Positions 26,534 to 40,427 of a stretch of DNA of 64,000 nt are shown here, in pieces. The notes below the pieces were generated by a model. That model was given only the letters and a program-made list of their open reading frames with translations. It had not been told where the DNA came from and did not search any database. The DNA lies in assembly GCA_951406725.2 (NCBI GenBank), contig OX597817.1, positions 91,574,001 through 91,638,000 of the forward strand, read 5' to 3'. Within the stretch, counting starts at the first letter, position 1. Each line of letters opens with the position of its first letter. Source of the DNA: Octopus vulgaris. Taxonomy: Eukaryota. Position numbers and translations under genes: made by a program.

Positions 26534-27944
26534 TATATATATATATATAGAAAGAGAGAGACAGAGAGAGAAAGAGATAGATAGATAGATAGATAGATAT
26601 AGTGAAGGAGTATGACTTAGTGGTTAGGGTGTTGCACTCATGATTGCAAGATTGTTGGTTCAGTTCCTAGACCATGCATTGCGTTGTATTCTTGAGGAAA
26701 GCACTTCATTTCACATTGCTCTGTGGTCATTTTGGCAGCTGACATGTGGTACACATTGCACCTGTGCAGGTGATATCGATCTGATGGAGGGAGTGAGCTT
26801 TTGTCTACACAACACAAACATTTAATCACTACAAGCAAATCATCTGTGTGGTTGTTCGGTAAGAAACTGTCAAACCTTCATACATTATCTAATGATGGGA
26901 GAGTCCATCGCACACACACACACACACACATATATATATGTATATATACATGTATATATATGTGTGTGTGTGTGTACATATATATACAAGCAGAGATACC
27001 CAGCGTTGCTCATGTTACATTCAATTGAAGAATTAGACTTTTCTGTTATATTTTCTCTAATGAACTGGAATATCTATGTTTCAAATTTCATCAAAATTGC
27101 AGATGAGGGTTATTTCCCTCTTTACACACCCTAAAAAAATTTGTAATTGTGCCACATGTATCCCATGCTACTGATTTTTATTCGCATATTCCAAAATTCC
27201 TGTCTTATTGTACCTATTAAAAGGATTTTGCACCTGAAAAATGAAGGTCATGGAGCTCTAAAATGTGGGAGTTAAGGCCCCTGTTGGGAGTGGGTGTCTT
27301 AATATCATGCAGAGAAGTTGAATTGTTGAGAATCTTTTTAACTTGTTTGAATTTCTTTGAAATAGGAAATATATGTTCACTGGGTTTGTAAAAGAGAACA
27401 AAGCTACAGGAAACCAAAAGATGAATGATCACAATAAGCAGTCAGCTACCCTACCCTAGTCGTTACCACTCCCAATGTAGGATTCCTCACCATCCAGGTG
27501 ACAGGCACAGCTGTAAGATGCATTACGAATCTATAGCAATTGGAAGAGCGTGACCCAACTGAAATCAACATTAACAACTGTGTGACATGAGGGCTAAGGA
27601 GAAATGTAAGTTGGAGTTTGCAAATGACCACTATTCTGATACTTAACTGGACAGAATAAATTGACAATCTATAAATGTCAAAATTTTGTGTGTTAAGTCC
27701 CCATAGAGGGGTCTTTCTAACTTATAAGAAGATAAAATTTTATAAATATTACTTCATTTGTGTCTAATACCTGTGAATAAAATTTCATCAACAGCAAAAA
27801 TATATGAATTGTCATGGGGGTTATGGCCTTTATACATAGAATATATTTTCCAGATTTCATAAAGATCCATTCAGTACTTTTGACCTATTTTGGATCATAA
27901 AAGAAATGACAAAAATTTTGGAGTTAAGGCCCCCATTAGGATGT

Positions 27945-28082
<138 letters not shown>

Positions 28083-28889
28083 TAGATTGATAGATAGATA
28101 GATATAGATATATATATATACACAGACACACACACACACAAAGATAAATTGATAGATACAACTGAGTGGGCAAACAAATATACGAGACAGTGCCTAGTGG
28201 GGGTTTTTTTATTTTGATAAGCCTGGTACTTATTCTATCAGTTTCTTCTTGTGAAACCAGTAAGTTATGGGGATGTAAATAAACAAACACCAGTTGTGAA
28301 GCAGTGATGAGAGAGAAACACAAAGACACACACATAGACTTACATATATACATACATATATATACAATTGATTTCTTTCAGCTTCTGTCTAAAAAATCCA
28401 CTGACAAGGCTTTCGTTGGTTTGAGGCTATAGCAGAAGACACATGCCAAGTTACCACACAGTGGGACTGAACTCAGGACCATGTGTTTTGGAACCAAGTT
28501 TGTTACCACACAGCCACACCTGCACCTATGTATGTGTGGGGGTTGTATGTGTGTATGGGTGTATATATGTATGCATGTTTATATGTGTATATATATGTGT
28601 ACATATTACATGTACATCTACTTATATACATGTATATATGTATATATATATATATACATCCATATATGAATATATATATATACATATATATATATGAATA
28701 TATATATATATATATATACATCTATATGTATACATCTATCTATCTATATATATATTTACTTAAATTTAAATTTAAAATAATAAGGGTGAAAAATTGAATA
28801 TAAATTTGATTAGTATGAATTTAAAACCAGTGGTGTAGCATATAAGACCATAGCGGATATTCTTCTAGCAGAATGGAAGTCCAGTTACA

Positions 28890-29183
28890 GTTCATCCCTG
28901 TTATATAATAGTTTCACTTTAATTAATAGTTTCAGTATTAAAGTGAAAGTATCTGACATTACAATAGAGAGATGGTTTTCTTTCACTTTTGACACGTAAT
29001 ACTGAAACAGTGGAGAAGATATGATATTGCTGTGGGCTCGTCCTAGGCAAGAAGTTAAAAATTTTTTGCCCATGACACTCCCTGGACCCTAAGTAAGGTA
29101 TGTGTAAAATTTGAATGAAATTGATTGTGTAGTTCTCAAGTTTTAGGGATTCACACAGACAGACAGATACACACACATTCTCA

Positions 29184-29190
<7 letters not shown>
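28890..29190 (-). mobile_element. Helitron-like non-autonomous 5' fragment
   Basis: Minus strand tatataaaactgagaatgtgtgtgtatctgtctgtc...aacttgagaactac, similar in style to the 19270 5' end. Confidence 0.4.
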
Positions 29191-29231
<41 letters not shown>

Positions 29232-29234
29232 ATA

Positions 29235-29445
29235 TAGTTATCCCTTGCCATGTAGCGGTTCACCTAATGTGGTTTATTATTTAAGCTTACATTGAATCCT
29301 CTGTGGTGTTGTTTTGCATTCATAATAAAATAAATATATACAAATTATAAAAATGGAAAAAAATATACAGTACAGTACTGTTTCCAATTCGCAAATTTTC
29401 ACAGGGTTTTGGAATGTAAGACCCATGATAGTCGAGGGATTGCTG
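29235..29445. mobile_element. Tigger/pogo-like MITE
   Basis: Ends tagttatcccttg and cgagggattgctg|TA, resembling the CAGTAATCCCTCG-type TIR; in (TA)n. Confidence 0.6.
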
Positions 29446-29466
29446 TATATATGTATGTATGCATTT

Positions 29467-29526
<60 letters not shown>

Positions 29527-30850
29527 ATACAGCAATAAGAAAATGGAGGGTATCAAGAGGTGGTATTCATCAACTTTTAGATATATTATGTCTATTTTTT
29601 AAAAAAAAACAATTATAACAATATACATACATGTATAACATATTATGCTTTACATGTATAATATATAAAATATAAAATACCAGTAATTATTAAAATATAT
29701 AACGTAGAGCATAGAAAGAAGAATAGTATCTTATACCTGTTTCAGCCATAGTAGTGGATTTGCTGTGTTTCTCATTTCTTAAAAATGGGTGCACATGTAT
29801 TCAGAGTTGTTACAATCCAAATTTTGATAATAGAGAGAAAGTTTTCACTTATTAGAGGCTGTTATGATAGACTCAAAGTTGGGTGGGGAGGAGTAGGATA
29901 ACTTTAAGGTAGATCTATTAAAGATAGAGTAATATTTATGTTGACAAGGGAAATTGGTGTCTAGTATACTAAGAAAGGATTTAGATAAGTTCTTAATGTT
30001 TAGTGAGAAGCGAGGTGTATACCATAGAATAGAGTGTCCAGCACTCCATCTAGCAAGGAATCTAACTAACCTAACCCCACTAGAAATTAACATAAGCCCA
30101 TAAAACTCTTATTTCTTTAGAGGACAAACTTTGGTGCCGGGCCAACCATTATAACTATGACAGTAACCATAACAAATTATTTGACATTACTATAGGATCA
30201 CCCAACACCGCCCAAGTCACCAACCTCACCAGACTATAGATACTCTACCAGCTCCAAGTACATTTCCCTAACACCAAAGGAGACCTCTACAGAGATGACA
30301 CCTTGCTAACCACCAAGAGCTTAAATAAATCATCTTAAAAATAGGAGTATTCCATATCACTTATCATGGTTCATAATAGATTCAGGGCTTCCATACCAGG
30401 GTCAACACTCAGCCTGTAAACTATGGCTAAAAGAGGCATTCTACATATTAAAATATAACTCTTCAGTACTACTAAATAAGTATAATGAGGCCCTAAGTAA
30501 ATGCAACCACCTTTTTTTTCCATACCTTCAAATTTTACCACAAATCTAAAATGCAACCTAAATCACCACACTACATATACCAAGTATTCCTTAGGTATCC
30601 TCCAACAACATTATTTGACTTTACAATTTCTTAATTTTTTAATTCTTAACTGTTTAATAATATATATGTGTATGTATGTGCATGGATGCATATGTGTGAG
30701 TATGTGGTCCTATACAGTAGTGCATATACATATTTATATTTATGCTTGTGCATGTGCGTGTATATCTATATACATATTTTTCTTTCTCTCACTGATTTAT
30801 CAGTCCCACAATCACTTAACTAGTACAATATCTGATCTCATAAAAATGCC

Positions 30851-31293
30851 AGTACTTTTTGGTTATCTCACCCCCATTAAAAAATTGCCATTAAAATACT
30901 GGGCTATCTCACCACTAAAAAAATTTAGTTTATGTGACAAGAGATTGGATTAAAAGAATTTGATCCTTTTGATTCAATACTTCAAAACATTGATGAAGTT
31001 TGGCCTCCTCAATAGGCACAGTATGATTTGTCACAAAAATGTTATCAGATTCAGTAAGATGTTAAATTTTTTTCAGTTTTCATGTTTATTGATCTTTTCA
31101 GTTTTGTATGTTTTATCATAAAAATATTATCATATTCAATAAGATGTTTTATCTTTTCACTTTTGTTTTTTTGTTTTATTGAAAGTTAAACAATTTTTTT
31201 AAATGGGGGAGATAATGAAAAGTACCAATATTTCTCATAAAACTTGGGGAGATAACCCAATTTTTTAATGGGGTGAGATAACTGGAAAGTACC
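30851..31293. mobile_element. MITE with about 36-bp TIRs and an 8-bp TSD (Merlin-like)
   Basis: agtactttttggttatctcacccccattaaaaaattg / caattttttaatggggtgagataactggaaagtacc; flanks aaaatgcc / taaatgcc. Confidence 0.7.
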
Positions 31294-32008
31294 TAAATGC
31301 CTACATCTATTTTTAGAAATTTGACCACTATATTTTTTTTATTCTTCACTTCCTTTTTGAGGTTTACTACTCACTTTTGTACCCCTCTCCATACCACATT
31401 CTTTAACTATCCCTCCACTTTAGTGCCTTTCAAACATATCACCACACATCCCACTTCTCACACATATTCCTTCCTTACATTCTTCTCTCTTCCTTCTATC
31501 CTGCCTCCTGTTAATTTTATCTATTGATAGCTCTCCTGTCCCCACCCCTCACAATATATTGACCACCATCTAGCACTCCTTTTCAAATTTTCTCTTTTTT
31601 TCTTTTTTTCTTCTTTCCACCCCAAATCTTTTGACCAATACAAATTTTCTTCCTCCTAACCCACTTATCTATTCTCTTCTCTCTATTTTCTTCCCCCTAC
31701 CAGTATATTCTCAAAATATCATTTACACAAGTTCCTTCAAATAAACAGCACATGGAACTAATACCTGTTCACTATCCATTTGTAATAACAAAATATGAAC
31801 TCCTATCAGAATTTACATACCATGGACAAGATGCCTTTTTACCCATTCAACACAGCACATTCCTTGGATAACAGAACAGCAACTTTAACATCCAACATAT
31901 ATTTCTATTTTTATTTTCCTATTTCCCTTTATACTTCTTATATCTTTCCTTTTCTAAAATAACTTCTTGTATTGAACTCTATTTCTTTCTAGTTAACTCT
32001 CACATATC

Positions 32009-32055
32009 GTCTCTGATGATGGGATATCGTTTATATTCCTGAAAAGTTGTAAGAC
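32009..32055 (+). ncRNA. Hammerhead motif related to the 10842-11497 family
   Basis: gtct-CTGATGA-tgggatat cgttt atattcct-GAAA-agtt-GTA-agac; stem I perfect; the C after GAAA is missing. Confidence 0.6.
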
Positions 32056-32133
32056 TACCTTTCTCTTTATAAATGTCCAAGAAATTTCCTATTACTTTGG
32101 TTTTGTTGTCTCATTCTATTTAACATATACACG

Positions 32134-32179
<46 letters not shown>

Positions 32180-32350
32180 TATATATATGATGTATTTAAA
32201 AACATTAGAATAATTAAAAGAAAAATAATTTTTCAAGTTATTAACTATTTAAAAATAATTTTCTCAATTTTATGTTAAGTGTGTATTTTGCAAGTAAATG
32301 CTTTCATTTTTCAATGAGAAACATGAACAAAACTAACCAGTTATGTAAAC

Positions 32351-32672
32351 AAGCATAAACAACAAATTAAAGAGTCATCTCTTAGAAATTTTCCATGCAG
32401 TAAACATCTAGACAATTTTGCAAAAGCAAAATTCAAAATATTTCCCTTTTACAAAATAAAAGATGAAAATGATCAACAACAAAAGCAAAAGAAGAATACC
32501 ATATAAGAATTCTAAATCCAAAACTAAACCAGAAATAGACAACATATGAAATAGCCAACAATTTAAAATATTCCTCTTTTACAAAATATAAGATGAAAAT
32601 GATCAACTATGAAAGACAAAAGAAGAATACATTATAAAAATTCTAAAATCTAAAACTAAACCGGAAATAGTT
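32351..32672 (+). mobile_element. Penelope-like GIY-YIG C-terminal remnant, last part tandemly duplicated
   Basis: HKQQIKESSLRNFPCSKHLDNFAKAKFKIFPFYKIKDEND...KEEYHIRILNPKLN; 32560-32672 repeats about 32430-32545. Confidence 0.65.
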
Positions 32673-32865
32673 AACATCATTACAAAAAACAACTTCCTCT
32701 AAATGCATTAGCCTGGAACATGCGAGTTTGAAAAGTTGAAAAGTGAAAGCACTTAAATGCAAAATACACACTATATACCATCTTCTTCTAGAAAGGTTAG
32801 TGATGTTCTGCTAAATGAAAGGAATTTTTTAAATAGCTCATAACTTTAAAAAAATCATTTTCAGG

Positions 32866-32899
<34 letters not shown>

Positions 32900-33274
32900 C
32901 AAGATTCAACTGAATAAGGTACTTAAAACTGAGGCACCTAGTTAGGTCAGAAAAAATGCTCACACAACTTTTTAATGTGAATACCAACCTAGGTACAGAA
33001 GTACTAGCAGAATTATATATATGTAAGTCGCCATAATTTTTAGACTATTTTAAAAAATTATTTTAAATGTCCTTGATTGTAAGATTCATGTATTCATCTG
33101 GAGAAAATGTTTTTTTATAATGATATAATGTACTCATTTATCAATCAAAAAATTTATTAGAAATGGTTGTAATGGATTGACACCTGTCCTTCAATTGCTA
33201 GATATTTATTCTTATATATGTATAAATATATATACTATCAAGGCTCAGTATGTCAGTTGATGAAAACTCCTATA

Positions 33275-35692
33275 GGTTTATTTAGCCAGAGGGGAAGTGG
33301 ATAAGAAAAATTTGCCAATGTTCTGCGCCGTGAGGATGAAAGACTTGAGGTATTTTGTGTTGCAAGACAGTGTGTGAGAGAGAATCGTGATGTGGTAGGA
33401 GAGAAATGTGTCCGCATGGATGATGGTTCACTTGCGCTTAAATGAGGATGCAAAGAAAGAGGTTTGGAGATGTCACTATGAAAGGTTGCTGAATAAAGAA
33501 AATGAATGAGATAAAGAGAGTCTGCCGAATGTCAACCCAACAGAGGGACCAGCCATCCGAGTTGACAATTCTTTGGTAGTTAAGGCAATTAGAAGCATGA
33601 AGACAGGGAAAGCCCCAGGCCCATCAGGAATTACTGCAGAGATGCTCAAAATATCTGGCAGTGTCGGCTATAACCTAGTCACCCGTATAGTTAACCAGGT
33701 GATACACGAAGGAGTCATACCCAATGACTGGTGTAGCAGCATACTAGTCAACTGCTACAAAGGTAAAGGAGACGCCCTAGATACAAATAATTACAGCGGT
33801 ATCAAGCTGTTGGATCAGGTAATGAAGGTTACAGAGAGGGTCATAGCCCAACTAATTAGGGAGAGAGTCAACTTGGACGAGATGCAGTTTGGTTTCATGC
33901 CAGGGAAAAGCACCACTGATGCCATATTTCTGGTGAGACATCTGCAGGAGAAATACCTAGCCAAAGATAAGCCCCTGTACCTGGCTTTCGTTGACATGGA
34001 GAAAGCCTTTGACAAGGTCCCCCGATCCCTTATCTGGTGGTCAATGAGGAAACTAAGGATAGATGAATGGCTGGTGAGGGCTGTGCAAGCCATGTACAGG
34101 GATGCCGTAAGCAAGGTTAGGGTTGGCAACATGTACACAGAAGAACTCAAAGTAGAGGTTGGGGTCCATCAGGGTTCAGAACTCAGCCCCCTCCTATTTA
34201 TCATAGTCCTCCAGGCAATTACGGAGGAATTCAAGACAGGTTGCCTCTGGGAGCTCCTCTATGCTGACGACCTTGCTCTAATTGCTGAGTCACTATCAGA
34301 AATAGAGGAGAAGTTCCAGGTGTGAAAGGAGGGTTTAGAATCGAGGGGCCTTAGAGTCAACCTAGCTAAAACGAAAGTATTAATAAGTAGGAAGGTAGAC
34401 AATCCACAAATGTCTTCAGGAAGATGGCCCTGCTCGATCTGTAGAAAAGGTGTAGGTAGAAACTCTATAAGATGTACCCAGTGTAAGCTATGGACACATA
34501 AGAGGTGCAACAATGTCAAAGGAAGGCTAACTGGGAAGATAGTTTTTGTATGTGGCAGATGCTCAGGAGCAATAAACTCTGAAAATCTGCAGAAAACAAC
34601 TTCCGTCACTTTCCAGGGGAAGAAACTAGAAATAGTTGATAGCTTCCGTTATCTAGGTGACCAAGTCAGTAGTGGGGGTGGGTGCATTGAAAGTGTAACT
34701 GCTAGAGTAAGAATAGCCTGGGCAAAGTTTAGGGAGCTCTTACCTCTGCTGGTGACTAAAGGCCTCTCGCTCAGGGTAAAAAGCAGACTGTATGATGCAT
34801 GTGTACAAACAGCCATGCTACATGGCAGTGAAACATGGGCCGTGACTGCTGAGGACATGCGTAAGCTCACGAGGAATGAAGCCAGTATGCTCCGATGGAT
34901 GTGTAATATCAGTGTGCATACTCGACAGAGCTTTAGTACCTTGAGAGAAATGTTGGACCTAAGAAGCATCAGTTGTGGTGTGCAAGAGAGACGATTGTGC
35001 TGGTATGGTCATGTGGCGAGAATGGATGAAGATAGGTGTGTGAAAAAGTGCCAATCCCTAGCAATTGAGGGAACCCATGGAAGAGGTAGACCCCAGGAAA
35101 ACCTGGGACGAGGTGGTGAAGCACGACCTTCGAACTTTAGGCCTCACTGAGGAAATGACCAGTGACCGAGACCTTTGGAAATATGCTGTGCGTGAGAAGA
35201 CCAGGCAGGACAAGTGAATCCAGCCCACTTATGCATGCCTTTCCTCCCTTGGACACACAAAGACCTGTTGGGGCAAGTGAAATCGAAATCGAAATCGAAA
35301 TCGGAATCGAAATTGAACCAATCCTATGACTGGCACCCGGCAGATGCCAGGACCCCTGGACTGGTGGTACGTAAAAAGCACTATCCGAATCGTGGCCGAT
35401 GCCAGTGCCACCTCGACTGGCTTCCATGCCGGTGGCACGTAAAATGCACCAATCCGACCATGGCCGTTGCCAGCCTCGCCTGGCACCTGTGCAGGTGGCA
35501 CGTAAAAAGCACCCACTACACTCACGGAGTGGCTGGCGTTAGGAAGGGCATCCAGCTGTAGAGACATTGCCAGATAAGACTGGAGCCTGGTGCAGCCTTC
35601 TGGCTTCTCTGATACCCGGTCAAACCGTCCAACCCATGCTAGCATGGAGAACGGACGTTAAACGATGATGATGATGATGATGATGATGATGA
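33275..35692 (+). mobile_element. 5'-truncated RTE-clade LINE: RT with PHD-finger insert, 3' UTR and (GAT)n tail; inactivated
   Basis: KAPGPSG, NYSGIKLL, QFGFMPGKST, AFVDMEKAFD, HQGSELSP, LLYADD, FRYLG. ORFs 33573..34325 and 34410..35150 are in one frame split by TGA at 34323-34325. Frameshifts near 33440 and 35090; tail about 35663-35692. Confidence 0.95.
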
Positions 35693-38203
35693 TATATATA
35701 TATATATATATATAGTTATTATCATTATTATCTCTATTTTTACCATTGACGACTTATAATAATGATAATCATGTAAAGTGCTAATTATTTCACATGTCAT
35801 TAGGTCGCAAACTTATAAGAGAAGTTGAGAATCAAATGGTTCAACTCAGGACATGGCAACTACTTGTTTCATCAAATCCCATGAGAATAAAGGTAGCAAC
35901 ATCTATCAGTGACATTTGAACTTAAATTATGGAGTAGATTATTAGTGTATGGAAATAAAAGAAAAGGACAAACAAAAATTTATAGAATACAACAAAAATA
36001 TAAAATGAAAATTAAACACTGCCAGAAGTTATTTATTGTGTAAAGACAGAATAGAGAAAATCATTGTTCAATGTGTGTGTGTCTGGGGTATAATTGATTT
36101 GAACAAGATAGACCATAATTTCAATTTCTCATTAATAAACAGCATCCAAAGGGACACTAAATCCTAATGAGAAAACCCTTAAAACTAGATGTTTGCCAAA
36201 GGGTACCTCAAATCAAAATAAGCATGAAACCCAGTTAATACACCTGAAGAAGAAAATAGAGATAAGTTAGTGTCATTTGAAAACAAAGGGTGCAAGAATG
36301 AATCTTAATTTACTGTTTCAATTTATCAAAGCGTACCATTTTTGTTCTCATATGAATGGTCATTCATTGTTAATCCAGAATGTATTGGATAAAGTCTGCA
36401 AGTCTAAAGAAGAACCTTAAATGGTGGCAACACCCCTGTATAAAGTAAATTCAAACAAACTAGCTGCTACCAGAAGGGATCACACATATGAGAGTATGGA
36501 TAATGCACTTTAATAAGCCTGAATAGAGTAAATGAAGAGGGTTTATGATCAGCTTAAAACACAGGATTAAATGTTCCTTGAAAACCACATTTCTGTCCAA
36601 TGAATGTGGGACAATGATAAAATGTTTAAGAAAGAATTAAACAGTGGAGAGAAACTTGCTGAAGAAAACAATTGCATGAGGAAATAAAGATAGCCTCAAT
36701 ATGTTTGCTTGGCTTAAAAGTAGCAAACCAATCTTCCTGAAATTGTACTCTAGTATTTAAAAAAAAAATAGAAACTGAATGCTCTCAGATGGAACAGCTT
36801 TTATTATATATTTACTTTACCCAAGCTACCCAGGAACTAAACAACAAATTAACCACTAACTACAACCATCAGAAGACCAGGAATTTTAATAAGGTTAAAC
36901 AGACAGCACACTGATAAAGAAATATTGCACACAATTTCAAACAGTAAAGTAAGAAGTAGTATAAAGGATGGGTTGGACAACTTTTTGAAGAACAGTTTCC
37001 TACAAGAAATGAAGACAGTTCTAAAATGAGCTATTGAAGAATGTCAAGCTATGGAAAAACTACCTTTTCTGAAATTGAACAAAGACCCCTCAATTAAATA
37101 CCAACTCCAAAAAAGCACATTATATATATAACACATTATATGCAAAGTAACACATTATATAAGTATTTGACAGCATAGTTTTAGTTCCTATATTGAAATG
37201 TCAATAAAAAAAATTAGACAATCCCTATCAGAGCTGTAATAGAAATAAATATGAATTAAGGGATTTAAATGTAAATTAAAAGATTTAAAAACAGATGAAA
37301 TATATGGACATAAGAACAGATGAAAACACCATCAAAAATAATGAAATTCTGAAATACTTCAAGATAGATGTAGAATAGCTACAGGCTATAAACAACTTAA
37401 TAACTTACAGGATAATAAATATAAAATGCTTAACTAAAAATAAATTAAAGTATAAATGAATTGTATTAAAGAAAATAACAATGAAAGTTGGAAGAAAAGA
37501 AAGGGAGAACTACTTGTTTATTTAGAATAATGCCTGCATGCATGTGTGTATGTGTGTGTTTCCCTGTCTTGATATTGCACAGTAGTTCTAAATAACTATC
37601 ATTATCATATACTATCATTCTGGGCATGTTTATACAAAAGACTGTTTCCATTCTTCCATGTAAACATGCCTGGCCATTGGAACATACTACATGGCTAAGA
37701 AACAGCCACAGAATGGCCACAGAAAGATCAAGCTATAGAAAATTTGCCTAAACAGATTCTGTCTGATCTATGCAAGCCTGTGAAATGGAACATTAAAACA
37801 ATGATATTCTGTGTGTGTGTGTGTACACTCACACACATTGCTTGTTTTTATGTTAAGTTAGATATCAAAAAATTTACCATTAAACTCAAGGATTACTCAA
37901 TACTTAGTAATAAAGTGTGTTTACCAAATTTCAAAGTTCCTGTCAACCTTTTCCTTGTATAAGTTATATATGTATGTATGTATGCATATATATATAGATG
38001 TATGTTTGTGTGTGTGCATATATATATATACATGCACACACACACATACACACACACACACATACATACACGCACACACATACATACACACACACACACA
38101 TTTATATATCGTCATAAATCATAAATCCCAAAGAGAAGCATACTCTAAGTAATAGAGCAGGTAGTAGAGTAATTAAATAAAGATAGCTATGGCTGGTTTA
38201 TGG

Positions 38204-38260
38204 GGTTACCTAGGATTTCATGCCTATAAAGTGGTTAACTTTACAGTGTTTCTTCAGACC
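38204..38260 (-). ncRNA. Degenerate hammerhead motif
   Basis: ggt-CTGAAGA-aaca ctgtaaagt taacc actttatag gcat-GAAA-tcctag-GTA-acc; 9-bp hairpin in stem II; CCTAGG palindrome in stem III. Confidence 0.55.
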
Positions 38261-38333
38261 TTAACGGCCAGTGGCTTAAAACCTCTCTTCAAATATGTAT
38301 GTGTGTATGTATGTATGTATGTATGGATGGATG

Positions 38334-38430
<97 letters not shown>

Positions 38431-39001
38431 GTAGATGTTACATACCTATTTGTGTATACAGGAGCAGTTATATTTTCCAATACTATATAGAAAAGCATGA
38501 ATGTGTTTAATCATTTTTTGTTAAAGAATGTTCATAATTCCTTATTATTCTTTTATGGAACAGTAGCATTTCTAAGTCCATTAATGTTTCTATAAACTTA
38601 GGAATGCTATTGTTCTAAACTAATTGAATGGACTGATAAGGGATTGAGAAAAATGATTAAGGAAAAGATTAAACTCATACACAGACATGTCTTCAGCATA
38701 AAACACAGTCACGAGCATAACAGCTTTTCTTTGAAACATGTTATACTGAAGACTTGCCTGTATTCATGTTTAATCTTATTTTATTAAAACTTTTTTTTTT
38801 TCATTTCCTCATTAGTTCTTTATATTTCATTTGGAACATTAGCATTCCTACATTCATTAATGTTTCAAAACCTTTAATGACTTATCTTCTGAATAAAATG
38901 GGGATAGAGGTATATTATTGCTATGTTTTGTAGTAGGCAGTATGTGATCATGAGATGTTGCAATTGATAAAATCATCATTGTTGAATCTAAAATAGTTTA
39001 A

Positions 39002-39200
39002 CCCTTTAGTATTCAGATTACTCTATCACATTATTTTGATTTAATCATGCAATATCTCATTGCTTCAGGATTTTGATGATGTAGTTGTTTATTTTTAGAA
39101 TGACACTGTTGGGTAGGTGTGAGAGGCAGATTTTGGCTATTTTGAACATAAAACAGGTAGAATATTTCGGCTGGATATAGCTAGTTTGAATGCTGAAAGG
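39002..39200. mobile_element. piggyBac-like MITE
   Basis: TTAA|CCCTTTAGTATTCAGATTA ... TAGTTTGAATGCTGAAAGG|TTAA. Confidence 0.65.
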
Positions 39201-39308
39201 TTAACAGTTAACTGTTTGTTACTTCATTATCTTTTAGCTTTTACTTGGGCACTGCCTTGAAGAGTTTTAATCAAACAAACTGATCCCAGGACAGATCTTG
39301 TAAATATA

Positions 39309-39470
39309 GGCACAGGAGTGGCTGTGTGGTAAGTAGCTTGCTTACCAACCACATGGTTCCAGGTTCATTCCCACTGCATGGCACTTAGGACAAGTGTCTT
39401 CTACTATAGCCTCGGGCCAACCAAAGCTTTGTGAGTGGATTTAGTAGACGGAAACTGAAAGAAGCACGTC
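39309..39470 (+). mobile_element. tRNA-derived SINE; related copies at about 24150-24780(+), 14705-15000(-, other half 11529-11610), 28215-28530(-), 42010-42290(-), 41810-42010(+)
   Basis: A-box-like tggctgtgtggtaag, B-box-like ggttcattcc, body ggacaagtgtcttctactatagcctcgggcc repeated across the window. Confidence 0.75.
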
Positions 39471-39473
39471 ATA

Positions 39474-39518
<45 letters not shown>

Positions 39519-39529
39519 TTTATAGAAGG

Positions 39530-39580
39530 AGCTTCTACAGGACTAGAACTGTTTCATTCAAAAGAAATCATCAGGAAGCT
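39530..39580 (-). ncRNA. Hammerhead ribozyme motif (PLE pseudo-LTR)
   Basis: Minus strand agcttc-CTGATGA-tttcttttgaat-GAAA-cag ttctagtc ctg-TA-gaagct; perfect 6-bp stem I and 4-bp stem III; stem II weak. Confidence 0.7.
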
Positions 39581-39766
39581 AGGTGACAAGAATAGTTTTG
39601 GCATTTATACATTTAGGCAGGTTTAAAGGGGTGGTGGTGGGGGACTTTTTGGGGTAGGCATGGCGCAAACTATCATTCTTAGGGGAGTGGTCAAAGGAAT
39701 CAGTGATAAAGTCAATAAAAGAATAAATAGAATAATAGAGTTTAGGTAAATAAGGAGACTCTCACT

Positions 39767-39802
<36 letters not shown>

Positions 39803-39982
39803 CACACACACATACTTATACACACACACACACATATATCTACACACATATATATAAAAATAAATAAATATAAAAACAAATATAAAAGAGGATATACACC
39901 CCCATACACACACGCTCACATATCTATATATATATATATATATATATCTATATATACACACATTCTTACACACACTTATATA

Positions 39983-40020
<38 letters not shown>

Positions 40021-40025
40021 ATTGT

Positions 40026-40427
40026 GTAGAATCACCTGTCAAAGTAATTGTGCAGTATGTTCGACAAATCCACATGTAAATTGTAAAACCAAGGGCACTG
40101 TATACCAGATTAAGTGCCAGGAGGGAGCTTGCGCGACTAACCCAGAGTCATAATAGGTGAGACTTCTAGAAGCATCAATGATAGGTTCAAAGAACACCTG
40201 GACAACTACATTGAAAGGAAGCCAAACTCCATCTTCTACCAACATGCTGTAGACTGCCACAAGGGATCCTTAGGGAAGCTTAAGTTGAACATCCTATCAA
40301 CACATCCCACTGATGCAATGTTGAGACAGGTCACAGAAGCTGTTTGTATACAAGAATACAAACCTACTCTCAACCGAAAGTCCGAATGGAGTAACATCCA
40401 GATCCCATTCAGAAGGACTATTCTATA
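40026..40427 (+). mobile_element. Penelope-like element GIY-YIG endonuclease 3' end (one frameshift)
   Basis: CAVC...NCKTKGTVYQIKC...[YI]GETSRSINDRFKEH...LRQVTEAVCIQEYKPTLNRKSEW; 1-nt deletion near 40152. Confidence 0.85.

Noticed and set aside
33815-34969. Minus-strand ORFs overlapping the RTE
   Set aside because: Antisense shadows of the RT frame.
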